From: Phoronis australis
Taxonomy: Eukaryota; Animalia; Phoronida
Assembly (NCBI GenBank): GCA_002633005.1
Contig: NMRA01000017.1
Coordinates: forward strand, 937,482 to 1,001,481
DNA length: 64,000 nt
Direction of reading: 5' to 3'
Shown: piece after piece, positions 51,499-63,910 of the stretch
Position numbering within the stretch: the stretch's first letter is position 1
Layout: each line of letters opens with the position of its first letter
Made by a program: the position numbers and the translations under genes
Notes under the pieces: model-generated
Database searches by the model: none
What the model was told of the DNA's origin: nothing
What the model saw: only the letters and a program-made list of their open reading frames with translations

Positions 51499-54400
51499 CA
51501 TACCGCGGGAGAGCCTATACTTAGCCATAGTTTCGTTACGATTGAGCTGTGTTCCGAATTTGACACTTGAAATTGGTTCAGAGCCCCCCAAACACACTAA
51601 AACTGCACACATTTAAATCTTGTTTCCGCCGTTTCATGTTAATTACCGGGGTTATTTTATAAACTCAACATTTCCCTACGCTCTTGCTGTTTTATTTTTT
51701 TGCGGCAGCCAAGGGGCGCTGCCCCCCGCCCCTCAGGCTAAATCCGCCTATGCAATATATAAGAGAAGCAAGGCAATTTTGTTTGTAAATGTGAAGGTCG
51801 CCGATATCTCGGACAAGTCGTGGACACAGATGATATCGACTTGCCTGTGAAACTCAACTTCTTGCAGCCGTCCAGTAAAATGAGTGCCGGGATTGTTTAT
51901 TTGGCCGAAGGAAACAAGATTTGGCCACGGAAAGATGACATCCTGAAGCTCGTCCTGGACCTCGCATCTACAGGGAAAGCTGCAGAGCGTTCAAGGCATC
52001 AGATGAATTGCTGGACTACCTTGGTTTCTCGTAATGACGTTTAAAGCCGAGTTAAAATTACCGTTAAAAGATCTTTAGCCCAATTGTCAACGCTTGAATT
52101 ACCTTAAGTTTTCATTCACGGGACGTGACTTGTGACGTGTTAGATGTCAGGCGCAATTGTATAGCAAATGTTGTAAAAATGTTGAATGCAAACTTTTGGA
52201 TTTACCTGTACATGTACATGTGAGTTGTGTTACAAATGTCTCCACGTGCCTTCTTGCATCACAGACGCTTGAATTATAATATGTTGCCATTTTTATTATG
52301 TAATCAGTTACATCAACTCATACAGGTGACAACAAATAGCCTTAAATACGTGTACTATCAGTCTTTACTTCATACCAGTTATTTCCTGAAGTGTTGGTGG
52401 TCAGAAATAATAGCCAACGTCATAATATCACTTGCCCCTCACTTATTACGGGACATGTTGTGTCATTTACGAGAGGTCTATAAATTCAAGTTTAATTTTT
52501 ATATGTCCATGAAACATACACAAGGAAGTAGAAAATACTAAGAGCTGTTTTTCTCGATTTTACCAAGCATGCTGATTGTCAATGATAACAAACTAGACCC
52601 AAAATTAACCCAACGAACGCGTTTTTCTGTTTTCAAATAAATTATCCAGTTGCTCTAATAAAACAACAAAATAACTCTATAACTGCACTTGCTGTGCTGG
52701 GGAAATTGTTCAAAACTTATCATTCATACGTTAAACTAAGAAATAATAATACGTGATATCCACATGAAGATACGAAAATCGAGTGTCTCGGGTGTCGAAT
52801 TGTCGCGATTCATTGAGAATGGCTCATTTTGTTTAGAAGAATGCAAACACGACTTAGTGGCGTCTGTGAAAGCGCGCGGTAAACAGTGGACAGCCACAAC
52901 CTAATTGGACAGAGACCCATATTGCCAGTCTCCCGTTGAGGGATCGGGCTCTAAATCTGAAGTGCTGACGGCAGTTAAAGCTGGCTGAGCAAAACTCGGG
53001 TCACTTGTCTCAGGAAAAAATTGGCACTGCGAAACTAAAACGACTACCGTCGGCGTTTCCAAAACGTGACACAGTACGTCAGCGGCTATATATTTGAAAT
53101 CCGTCTGATAGCGTTCAGATTTTGAGCTTCAACACTTATGCTAATAAGATCGAAATTTTTTGTTTAATTCCAAGTGCACACTTTGTATTATTCAAAAGAA
53201 AAATGCGTGATAAGGAATCATTTTTTTGCAATTTCATAGGTGAACTTAGTTCAACCCTTCCCGGCGGCGAAGCGGGGTTTCCAATAATGGTGGCCCTTGT
53301 GGCCATTGAATATAACATTAGTAAACTGAATAGAAAGTTTTTAGTGTAATAAATGTGATTATTTTGAATATTACTTTACGTTAAAACGCCAATTTGGTTG
53401 GTGCATTCGTACGTTTCCGCGTATTTTGCACCGAAAGTGAGTACCCTCACGGAGATCATGATACCGAACATGAGACCTGCCGGCGATTAGACTCGGACAG
53501 TCGTTAGAGTTGGAACTTCAAAATAAAGGAATGTTCCTTACATAGAAAATTTCTTTTTAATCTGAACTGCACATTGAATTATACATCATGAGAATGCGTG
53601 ATAACGAAATAGTTTATTCCGTTCGACAGAGTCTCGAGTCAGTTCGACTTCGACCGGCGTACCCTAATTCCGGGCTTTGTGGTCCCTAACACAATGCAGC
53701 AAATGAACTAAATAAAAAGTGCTAAATTTAATTATGGTGTTGATAACTTTAAATATTAATCAATGTGTGTTCTTGTGATTCCACCTGTTTAGTAAACGAC
53801 CGGACTCCGGCGATTTGGGTCGGAGAGCTCGGGCAAGGAGTGTAAAGTAAACTCCTCGGTTCAGCCCCGTACTGGAATCCAGCTCGAATCCGAATATTAC
53901 GATAAAGTTCATTCGTGTAATGGTATTTGGATACGGGCTTCCCAAAACCGAATACAGGTTTCTGTTTAATTTGACACTTTTCATTATACATCAGAAAAAT
54001 GTATTATAACAAATAATTGAGGTTGTTACGGCGGTGTCAGTTCAACCGCGGGTATTCTAATTCCGGTCCGTGTGTGTTGTTACGTTTTCACATGTTTATC
54101 ATCAAACTAAACCGCCTACCGTCACCAATTCCAAAACGGGACACACGCAGGTTCGCCCTCGTCCCGAATCGGATCAGGGTTTCGTTTACACTGAGCTTCA
54201 AAATCAAGTGAATGCAATGTTCCTAACATCGGGATTTTGTTGAACTTGAACAATCAGGTCTGCCGGACTACCTCCACGCAACTCACAGACGTCGAAAACT
54301 CAATAGTGCAGTCTTCAAAATCGTTGTAATACACGGACTCAAAAATATGCACAAAATGTTGGCAAAAATCTCCAATTAAGCTTTAATTATTTACCAAACG

Positions 54401-54840
54401 CCCCCATTATCTCAACAACTAAACTCTCGCCGATAACGATCCTTATGACACTCCCTTTTAAGGGCATTTAAAAATGCCATTCCAATTAGTAATTGAGGAT
54501 TAGCCTACCTTTGCCAGCAGTACGTTGGAATGTTGACCGTGGTGGTTTTAGGCGATTTCACGATAAGACTGTTCTTAAAAAATCGCTCCGATAAGATCCC
54601 TTTAGGGGGTTCGACACAAGCTTTCCAAAAAGTCGTAAAACAGTCTCACGACATTGACTAAAGCATTTGAATATTATTTGTTGTAAAAATTAAAAATAAA
54701 ATATTCCATTTCATAATGATGATTTTGCCCTGATTATTTATCAACTTGGCATTCAATATTAGCACTCTGTCTCTACATCAAATTTCACAAATTGATCACA
54801 TCATCAGAACTAAACAAAGCCACTTGTAAACAAATGTGAC

Positions 54841-55000
54841 CAGCGTTCGAAATACACGCTGGCCAGGTACCACGGAGCCAGTGGATTTGCCGCCGGGCAA
54901 GTAACTTTTAAAAGTTAACTTGGCACCCGGCCAGTATTTTTTTCGGACTAACTGGCGGGCCGGTGGGCCAGCATATTTATTTGCTGAAGTTCGAATGCTG
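54841..55000. mobile_element. Short MITE-like element
   Basis: TIRs CAGCGTTCGAA / TTCGAATGCTG with inner inverted GCTGGCC / GGCCAGC. No clear TSD. Confidence 0.55.
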
Positions 55001-56216
55001 AGTGCCCATAGAACTGTGGAGGACTATAGTGTCACTTATTTGAATTTATTGAAAATAAAACTTCTCGTCTTTAGATTGTTCACATCAAACAAAGTTATAT
55101 CATAATCCTAACCACACAACATAGTAACCCGCTGGCATTCGTGATCTTAAAATTAGTGCACGTGATTGCAAATCGGTGACACCCCATTTTTCTCGTTTCA
55201 TCGAAAACACAATTAGCGCTAAGACAAAACTTAGAACAAAAAACGTCAATGTAACTTATTAGGTAGAAGCCAAAACAATCGAGTAATTCAAAATACAGAA
55301 ACAGTTTGGTACGCCACCGTATGAAAATCAGTATACTAGAAAATATGATTTAAGTCGTTTATAATAAAAAATGACGTAATGCAAAAATAATATAGAATCC
55401 GTTTCGTTTGAAAAATGGATTTCTACGCCAATAGGGGTCGCTTTTCAGTAACCTATATTTTGCCATATGTGCCCCTGTTTACATGGTTGTAATTAAAAAT
55501 ATTTTTTGACCCCACTTTTTGCAGATTTGTATTCTGCATTAAGACCAGAATACAAAGCATGAAAAAACAAAAAATAAATTAAATTTGTTTTGAACCCAAT
55601 TAAAGAAGACTGAAACTATGCCAGGCATATTTATTGAAATGTTTGATTTTATAATCGTTTTCTGTACTGACAATTTGCGTATTGTTGTTATTTAGACCCT
55701 ACCTGAATTGAACTCTCCTCTTTTGTAGACGAAGAAAAATAGTTTGCATGACTAACATACTTATAATATTTTCCCTCTGTCTAATTTCTTGCCATCAGCG
55801 TGACATCCAGGAATGCAACAATGCAAGTTCCCTATCCTAATGAACACATCAGTTACATTATAATTAGGATATGGAATAGTGACTGTTTGCATTTGAGCGC
55901 GAGAGGAGCTTGGCACTTGCGTTGCATTGTGGGTAAATACCATAGAAGGGAAGTGCTAGCTATTTCAGGATGAGTCTATTCTAATGGATTTCTGAGATGT
56001 GTCTGCATAAACTTGACTAGATCGCAGTGGCGGATCTAGGATACCATAAGCGGGGCCCAACATGTTGCCTCGGGGAGTTGGGCAAAGCGCGAGTTTATGT
56101 GCGCAGGCTGCCCGAAAGTTGCCGGGGCCGGGCACGTGGCCCTTCTGTCCGGAAAATCTGTCTAATTAGCTGCCAGCAAGAAACAACAGAATACAATTAT
56201 GTGATTAGTCACGATT

Positions 56217-56780
56217 ACATGACAGCGACATGCCATTGCTCCCAACTTGTTCGATTCTATAGCCCAACAACATGTTGGGATGTTTACCCCCGTAGCCAAT
56301 ATCTTACACGACTGATTAACTCCATTCTGACATTTAGGATTGGAGGGCCTGCGCTCTTTTGTTCGATAATTGCTCTAATCTCCGATCAGATCGTATCTAG
56401 ACTGACTGGGCTGGGGTGATAAAAATGAAAGTCAAGTTATAACATATTTGAGCTTAAACCAATTGCATTTCTGAATTCTTAGTCAAATGCTGATCATGTT
56501 CCGTTTTTGAATCACCAAAATCGCCCAACTACAAAAGAAGTTAAGACAATCTATTCTGTCCAAACGGACGCACTGGGTTCAAGTTGACTGTGTTCATACG
56601 CGTTCGGTGATAGCGTGCAACCACCACACGTTTCCTTTGAAGCCTGGTGGATAATTGGCCTGCTTGTTCTCATACGGGACAAAAGACTGAGCTGGGCAGT
56701 TAACAAAAGAGCCAGATGTTATCGTACGTTCAGCACCCCTCACGTCTGGAAAAGTTACTGAACGACAGAACGCAGTAATG
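56217..56780 (-). repeat. Dispersed repeat family R1, copy 4
   Basis: Reverse complement of copy 2 with scattered substitutions. Confidence 0.88.
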
Positions 56781-57470
56781 ATTCACGATTTTTCTAATCG
56801 ATGTGTATCAAGCCACGGGACTCTGAGTTCGAAAAATCGAAACTCCAGTGAGTTTGTGCTGCTTATTTTTAGCGGCTTATACCCTCTGTAACGTTTGTCA
56901 TGCATACCAGTACATGTCCGTGCACCACTACGTGCCTGTGTCCATGTAAAAGTCGCACAAAACATCAACTTCAAGACATACACTACCTCTATAAGAGATG
57001 TCCGCCGGCGTCTATCACCGTGAAGGTAAACGAAAGCAGCAAAAGTTAAAAGCAAAAGCGTATGGGCCTAAATACGGAATTCAAGTATGTATACCTGCGA
57101 AATATTGTGAAAACTGAAGTTACTTTGCAATAGGTAGATTATAAAATGTTGATAAGCGACCTCTACTATGTATTCAAAGCTAAAACTTCAAGTTACCCTC
57201 TGCCAGATCTAACACAGCTGTCACGACAAGCAACCTAATTGGCCTGGCCTGTACTTCTCAAGCATAGACACATTTTTTAATATGAGTACACAGCAAGATG
57301 AGACCGATTTCATAACAGCTGAGTTTTACAGAAGGCGCACCAGTGAATAGTCAATATATTTAACAACCATGCAATGCCAATGCCAGTCCAGGATTACACT
57401 TCAGTTGATCACAAACGACAACAAAATATAAATGGGCAATTATTTCGTAATTTTCGTATGCCTTCCATTC

Positions 57471-58574
57471 TTAGTAGTAGCTATAGATCTCATCTTCAAC
57501 CTTTTTTTCTACATTCTTTTCGGACTTCTTCTCCTTAATCCGTTTTTTACATAATTTTTTGTACAAAACGATACATGCTATCATAAAAATTAAGAACGAG
57601 CCTGCTCCAATCACAACATACAACATTTTGCCATTCCATAAAGCAAAAAATTTGGCCAGTTGATTCACTTTACACTTCATACCGATTTTACTTTTGCTTT
57701 TCGCACTCATGCATATGGGCACAGGACACTCCCGCTTACCATCTCCGGTATAACAGAAAGGCGTATCCATACCTGACCCTTCAAAGTTTCTACACATATT
57801 ATGATCAGGATTGAATGTAACAAACTGACGATTATATTCCAATGACGACCATTTAGAACATCTTTTCCCCCGGATGGTACTCTGAATAGGACCTACGTAG
57901 TCAAAACCTTTTCCAGACTTATTTCGACATCCCGGGTCCTTTGAGTATACTCCAAGCTCACAGATGGACAAGTAGCTCTGACCGCCTGCAGCAGACACTG
58001 CTACTTTTACTGAGTCACCTAAAAGGATATTGGGACACGTGAAGAGGCCTGGTGCCGTTGAGGGCACAGCTCCCGTACTATACTTGCCAGGGTATTTTAC
58101 ACATGTCTTTTTCTGGCCTTTATTGACAACGAATACTCTAAACGCCTTAAGACCGTTTCCATCTTTACTGTTTAACAACGCAACGTGTCTGATTCCCTTT
58201 ATACCACCGAGATTGACTTCCAACCAATGTGAAGATCCTCCCCCTGTTTTGCTGCATGTTTCAGAGTCCGTGTACCATTTACCATCCACAGCTAGATCTG
58301 CTCCAGAACTTCCTGCAGTGGAGCTCTGTTTTGCCACCTTCTGTTCAGTAAGGCTCCTCGGATTGGTGCCCCTGCACATATCACTTTTGTGACACCAGGA
58401 ATTTCTGTTTGAACGACCTTTACACTCTCCGGCTTCACAGGTTCTCTCTTGACAGACGAAACACTCAGAGCACGATTGTGAAGTGTCCTTCCATTCAGAC
58501 CATTGCCCATGACAAGGAAATGGTGAGGCAAGATAGAGCCACAGTAAAAATGACATGTGCTTCGTAAACAGCAT
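57471..58574 (-). CDS. Intronless type-I membrane protein: signal peptide, TSP1-like module, F-type lectin (fucolectin/FTP) domain, kringle, TM, Tyr-containing tail (367 aa)
   Basis: Hydrophobic N-terminus; WSEW..C..C...RTC (TSP1-like); AKQSST...ADLAVDG...CSKT...WLEVNLG...LSICELGVY (F-type lectin fold); GFDYVG...T..GKRCSKW...HNMCRN...PFCYT...CPVPIC (kringle); TM LYVVIGAGSFLIFMIACIVLY followed by a lysine-rich stop-transfer segment. Confidence 0.9.
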   Translation of the reverse strand: MLFTKHMSFLLWLYLASPFPCHGQWSEWKDTSQSCSECFVCQERTCEAGECKGRSNRNSWCHKSDMCRGTNPRSLTEQKVAKQSSTAGSSGADLAVDGKWYTDSETCSKTGGGSSHWLEVNLGGIKGIRHVALLNSKDGNGLKAFRVFVVNKGQKKTCVKYPGKYSTGAVPSTAPGLFTCPNILLGDSVKVAVSAAGGQSYLSICELGVYSKDPGCRNKSGKGFDYVGPIQSTIRGKRCSKWSSLEYNRQFVTFNPDHNMCRNFEGSGMDTPFCYTGDGKRECPVPICMSAKSKSKIGMKCKVNQLAKFFALWNGKMLYVVIGAGSFLIFMIACIVLYKKLCKKRIKEKKSEKNVEKKVEDEIYSYY

Positions 58575-58728
58575 CGAAGCTAAGTGACATCACACTTTAA
58601 TCTAAATTTGATTGTTTATTATAACGTCACTCTGACTCTTTGGGTACTTGTACAAACACGTACGTTGTATAACCTATCTATATTTTTCATCTTCTTAAAA
58701 ACAAGCTCATTCCGTACAATATTCGTAC

Positions 58729-58808
58729 AGGGCCCTCTTGGAAAGCAGTGCTATCACTGAAGAGGAAACCCTCATTTTAAATATCACAATAATAAATAAA
58801 TAAATAAA
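58729..58808 (+). mobile_element. Retroposon 3'-tail fragment (stem-loop plus (AAAT)n tail), copy 2
   Basis: AGGG-C-CCTCTT-GGAAAG-CAGTG-ctat-CACTG-AAGAGG-AAA-CCCT, then taaatat and aataaataaataaataaa. Confidence 0.6.
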
Positions 58809-59189
58809 CTTGAGAATGATTTTCCCGCTAATTCCGACCTTTGTATTTTCAAGCGGAATTTTAAGGAATTAACTATTTTTCAATAGCCTAAAACTTATCT
58901 TGCGTAGGGCCTATGCACTGAAGGTTAAAATTTTTCTTCTACGGCTCTTTGACCATTCACCACAAAATTCAAACGATCAATTGACGATCTTCAAAAAATT
59001 AGACACATTAAGACTTCTTGTCATTTCTTTGAAGCCGCTCCCAAGCAACACACTTTTTAGCCAAACGTGCCAATTTTACCTTGAAAGCCACACCCCTTGG
59101 TTGTATGCTTTGAGAGGCAAGCAACGCCTCTTTAGAAATCAAGTGAATGAGTTGCTTTCATACAAACAACGTCAACCCCAGTGGGTTAA

Positions 59190-61380
59190 GTCCATCATAA
59201 CAAAAGGGAATGAACCGAGAAATAATATAAAAAATTGGAGGCCTGTTTACCTCTTGAATATCAGTTACAAATTTTTGTCGTCTTTTATTATCGAACGAGT
59301 TCGTTCTGTAGTACCAAAGTTAATACACCGTGACCAAAAGGGTTTTCTGTCTGAGCGTTTTATGGCAGAAAATACAAGACAGACTTACGACTTGATGCAG
59401 TTTACTGAAGACATTAATGAACCCGGTATGCTTGTACTTGTGGATTTTGGAAAGATGTTTGACTCCTTGTGTTGGTCTTTTATTGACAACGTTTTATATT
59501 TCTTTAATTTTGGTGACTCAGTGAAAAAATGGGTCCATATACTAAACAGAGAGGCACGGCAATGGGTTACACAAAACAGTGTCACATCTAACTTTTTCGA
59601 CATAGGGCGTGGTTGCAGGCAAGGTGATCCGTTATCACCATACCTTTTTATTCTATGAGCAGAGATTATGTGTTGGCTCTTTAGACTAGGCAACAATGTT
59701 AAGGGTATCAGTTCGGATTGGTGGAATATAAACTGATGCAGTATGCAGATGATATGGTTACATCTTTCTCAGAGCAGTCTATGCGGAGAACACTTCACAT
59801 TTTAAACCAATTTGAAAAATATCCTGGTATAACTTAATCCGAAAAAATTGTATTTGGATAGGTTCTATGAAATGTAGCTCTCAAAATGTGTTGTGACGTA
59901 AAACTGAAATGGGCATCATCAGAATTCACTTTACTAGGTATTCGATTATTCAATGATTTAAAATAAAATTTCCGACATTAATTTTGACAGTAAGTTAGGC
60001 GAAATAAAGAAGGCTACAGACAGTAAGGAAAAAGAAACTTGACACTTTTTGGAAGAACAACAGTTGTGAAATCCATAGTTATGTCAAAACTTATGCATCT
60101 TTTTCACAAGTCTACCGTCCCCTTCGCAAGTAATCCTGAAGCAACTGAACAAAATGTTCTACTGTTTTGTATGGAACGGTAAAACAGAAAAAGTTTGTCG
60201 CAAGACTATGGCTCAAGAGTATAGTGTTAGTGGACAGAATGATTGACGTCACTTCTTTTATGGAAGCTATTAAATCAACTTGGTTTCGTAGACTACTTTG
60301 TTAAAATACTGCAAGGCCATGGCCAGTTTTAGCAAATGGTCTGTTATCAAGACTTCAAAAGAATCATTTACGGTTCGGGTAATTATATTACATAGAGATG
60401 TCTCAAATGACTTCTAATGTGTTTTGGAAAGAGGTCTTTCAATGTATTTCAATGTATACATGAATTCAGAATGTTAGTTCCTGAAAACGATGGTATTCAT
60501 CAGCGTCTATGGATTAATTCAAATATATTAATAGATAGTAAGCCACTTTTCTATAAACAGTGGCTTCAAAGAGACAAAACTCGTGTAAATACTCTCTTAA
60601 TTATGAGGAGTTTAATACAGAAATTTGACTTTACCCGACAAGTAAATTTATTTTATAATCTACGAAGCTCATTATATAGTAACTGGACTCGTCTCAGAGA
60701 CGGGGAGCATCAAGTAAACTTACCTCGTCGTCCACGATAATCAAGGTTATTTTGGAAGATGTCAAAGGAGTAAATATTATTTATCACGTTGTTGTCTCTC
60801 AAAATTGCGAAAAAATGAAGTGTCAGATGAATTGGAGTGAAGAATGGAATTTCCTGGATACTACAAAATAGTGGTACAATGTTTTTTACTACATTTATTT
60901 ATTCACTGAAGATCTTTCTCTGAGATGGTTCCAATTTAGCCGGTTCACAGAATTGTAGGCTGCTATGAATTTTTACAAAAGATTGGCGTAATTATAGCTT
61001 ATTGAGCACATTTTGCTTATATGAAAGTGAATCTATTGTCCATGTGTACAGATCTTGTGACGTTACTAATCAGTTCTTGGACTAGTGTAAATAAGTGGCT
61101 AGTAAATGCTGTTGGACGTAGTTTAGAACTGTCCTTATAATCAGTAATCAGTTCTGACTGGTGTTCAGTTGGTTTTACAAAATATGGTTCTGTGCCTCGG
61201 CAAGTACCACATTTAAAAGCAAAGATTGAAGTATGATGAATTTATAAGGCGCTTGCAAGGTCTTGGCCTTTTTTGTTTATTATGAATGAATCATAGCCTC
61301 TACTTGTTTTAATGTTAAAGTTCCTTTGTACATGTCAGCACTGTAAGTTGATCTTAACTGATCCTTAACAAAACAAAAAA
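59190..61380 (+). mobile_element. 5'-truncated, decayed non-LTR retrotransposon (L1/Tx1-type reverse transcriptase)
   Basis: IKNWRPVYLLNISYK, LIHRDQKGF, LVDFGKMFDSL, GRGCRQGDPLSPYLFIL and, after a stop and shift, QYADD near 59740. Many stops and frameshifts follow; A-rich end near 61367-61380. Ends approximate. Confidence 0.88.
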
Positions 61381-61659
61381 GTATTGAAGAAATCACGACT
61401 CCTTGAAGGGGAAGATGTTAGTGAAGATCGTGCTCATTCGATGAGAAGTTCGTCTATTTCCGTCTGACGTTCTTATGTACATTACTACATTTAGTAGTAC
61501 ATACATGTAGATACAAAGTCGTACGGAAAATTTCAAATGTTGAGTATTATTATCAAATGAATACTGGTAGGAACCGTCGTCTCACGAGATTTCGGCAGGT
61601 TAACAACCTCACGCAGACTCTCATCTCAACCAGATGGCACTCTGAACCGAGCTGCACAT

Positions 61660-61830
61660 CGTTGAGTGATTTGATGAACAAAGACTCATGAACACCTCTC
61701 TGAAACCAGTTTATTCGCTGTGCAGGATCTGGACATTGTAATTTTGGAATTCGTGACCTGTGTCCTGGAGGTGATTAAAAACAGCAGACGACACACCCTC
61801 ATCAACAGCTCTTCTACGTTGGTACACGCT
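61660..61830 (-). mobile_element. Penelope-like element remnant (C-terminal part of GIY-YIG endonuclease)
   Basis: SSAVFNHLQDTGHEF...VQILHSE, then after a frameshift NWFQRGVHESLFIKSLN. This matches the PLE endonuclease pattern SAVxxH...GHxF...IL..E..WFxRGVxExxxI...SLN. Confidence 0.75.
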
Positions 61831-62454
61831 AACCGGACAAAATCTCCTGCAGAAGGTATGACACGACAGTTCCCGCCACTCTTCAGTACCATCTTCCCTT
61901 TCAAGGAGGGGCGATGCCAAAGAGGTGCTACGAATTTTAATTTTGCTACTAGTCCAGCAGACGCTATGTTATTCGAATACAATGAATTTTCTTGGATGGA
62001 TCAACAACTACATTTTATCATTTGTGTTTGACTTATAAAAAATCGATTGAACAAGAATTTTAATCGTCCCATTCGCCAAACTCCAGTATAGGAATATTAA
62101 ACAGGTCATACCCGTGTATATATCGCAATGGTCAATAAAATATAATATCTTCCTTGACAAAAAGTCTACAAACTGCCCATGAGCTTGAAACTGATAACCA
62201 ACAATGAGACGTTCCGAAAAATAAATCAGTCAGATGAATTTTCCAAAGTTTTGTGATTGGAAGTACGAAAATTAAGCCCAGATGTATGACAAACAAAGGT
62301 AAAACATCTCAAAAGTAAATTTATATTAAAGGGTTACATTTCCGCACAATGTTGATTTTAGGCAGCCTCATTCACTAATAGCCATAACAGTCATCATAAT
62401 AATAGTAATAACCGTCGTCCATTTTTTCCCTTTGCACGCTTCTTTGCACTTTTT

Positions 62455-62987
62455 ACCACATCTCCAAATGAAACATGTAGAAACTACCCACCTTCGCATT
62501 TTCCTTGAAAACATTAACCTTGATTGCAGTAATTGTCTTTTGAGATCCGAACCGGTTGAGAATCATGACATAATTAGTCGTTTTTAGTTGACAAAAATCA
62601 ACTTTGACCAGTGTGATTTGCTGTGTTGTTTAATGTGAGTACATGAAGTTCTCTGCAACATTACCTGCACAGAACCACCCGAAAGCAACGTACCAAAATG
62701 ATTGTATCAGAAACCATCGATGGCTCTATCATTTGAACCGTGACCTTCGGTGGTGCTCTGAGAGGCATAACTGCTCTCAGCATGATTAACTAAATGTCTT
62801 TTCAAACAATACTCGCTCTTCGTGCAAGTGGCTCGTTTTTTTGTGAATCGTCGCACTTTCCTGTACAAGTTCTCTCTCCGCACACCGTACACTTACTGTA
62901 ACACGTGATTAAGGATCTTGCCCACGTTGACCATTCCGCATGTATCGTGGCCACACACAAAAGCAGCACCATTAGTGCTGTAAACAT
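62455..62987 (-). pseudogene. Decayed paralog of the TSP1-like/F-type lectin gene at 57471-58574
   Basis: MFTALMVLLLCVATIHAEWSTW...CTVCGERTC, frameshift near a T-run at about 62840, then YASQSTT...RAIDGF*Y (TGA at 62707-62709 where the paralog has DGKWY), SCTH...SHW, a second frameshift, then KVDF...YVMILNR. Colinear with the intact gene. Confidence 0.8.
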
Positions 62988-63550
62988 CAGCGACCGGGGT
63001 ACGACTGGTCTTGCGCCACTAGAAAGTCTCAAACTTTCAAACTTATGCTTTAACCAGAAGTCAATTAAACACATCAAATTAGGACTTGAAAATTCCAGTG
63101 CAGTTATGGCATAGAATTTCAGTTAGTGTAAAAAGATAAGCAAATTTGGTACTTGCATAGGTCGCATGATTGAACCTCTGCGACAAGTCTCCCGGAAGAA
63201 TTTATTACGACCAGAAAACTTACGACAGGGTGACCGTTTTCCGACAAAATTCGCCCGCGAAACTTAGACCAATAAGATTCCATTTATGAAACATAGTCTT
63301 CCAACAAATCAGCCTGCATTCCCTCTTTGAGGGTGGATTTTCATGTTGTCCACTCTCTATATGGATATCTTAAAGGAGAATGCCACCCGATTTAACTAGT
63401 CTTTTTTACTGTCTTAATCGGTCTATATCCACATCACCTCGTATACGGTCGATCTTACCTAGCCGAGAGGTGTCGCGTTAACCTGTGAGGAAGGTGAGAA
63501 ACAGCGCAGCGACGTCAGTGGTTCTTCTGCAGAGTGAGTGCCGCTAAGGT

Positions 63551-63630
63551 GTGGTGTATCGTTCCCGTTTGTGCGAACTATGTAGCTGCGAGGAAAGCAG
63601 GTGTATCGTTTTTTCGATTTCCTCGAGAGC
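63551..63630 (+). mobile_element. THAP zinc-finger N-terminal fragment, probably a DNA-transposon relic
   Basis: WCIVPVCANYVAARKAGVSFFRFPRE fits THAP CxVPxCxN...SFFRFP. No ATG and no downstream W or CxxHF in frame. Confidence 0.55.
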
Positions 63631-63814
63631 CCATAATAGTCGGTGGGCCAGATCTCGCAGCGTTCATCCTTGTGAGTAGTTTCGGGGGGCAACCTAGTTT
63701 TTTCTATGTGGCTAGATAATATACCTATAAATCAAATTCCAAAAAGTTCCCACGTCTACACTTGCACATTTTTTTAAAAAAGGTGTTTTTGTTGCACAAA
63801 ATATGATGCACATT

Positions 63815-63910
63815 CCTGCCACTTGATGGCGCTTTTCTATTGAATTGACCAATCAGAGAGCCAGATTGTATTGTTGTGCTTAGTTACTTCAATATGGCTG
63901 CTCCCATGGA
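63815..63910 (+). promoter_or_regulatory. Possible promoter or transposon-end motif cluster at the window edge
   Basis: GCCACTTGATGGCGCT (CTCF-like, 63818-63833), GACCAATCAG (CCAAT box, about 63847) and AATATGGCTGC (YY1/initiator-like, ATG at 63894). The ATG frame stops after 25 codons unless spliced. Confidence 0.3.

Noticed and set aside
58030-58392. Antisense ORFs over real exons (also 14880-15275, 44051-44407, 50074-50400, 59385-59696)
   Set aside because: Shadow ORFs of coding sequence on the opposite strand.
58900-59658. 252-aa ORF as a functional RT gene
   Set aside because: No ATG start, unrelated N-terminal third, stop before the YADD motif and many downstream disablements: a dead LINE.
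61570-61660. Hammerhead ribozyme next to the Penelope-like fragment
   Set aside because: A small hairpin and CGAAA are present on the minus strand, but there is no intact CUGANGA core or closing stems.
62707-62709. In-frame TGA as selenocysteine or readthrough
   Set aside because: It aligns to Trp in the paralog and is accompanied by two frameshifts; no SECIS seen. A simple nonsense mutation is more likely.
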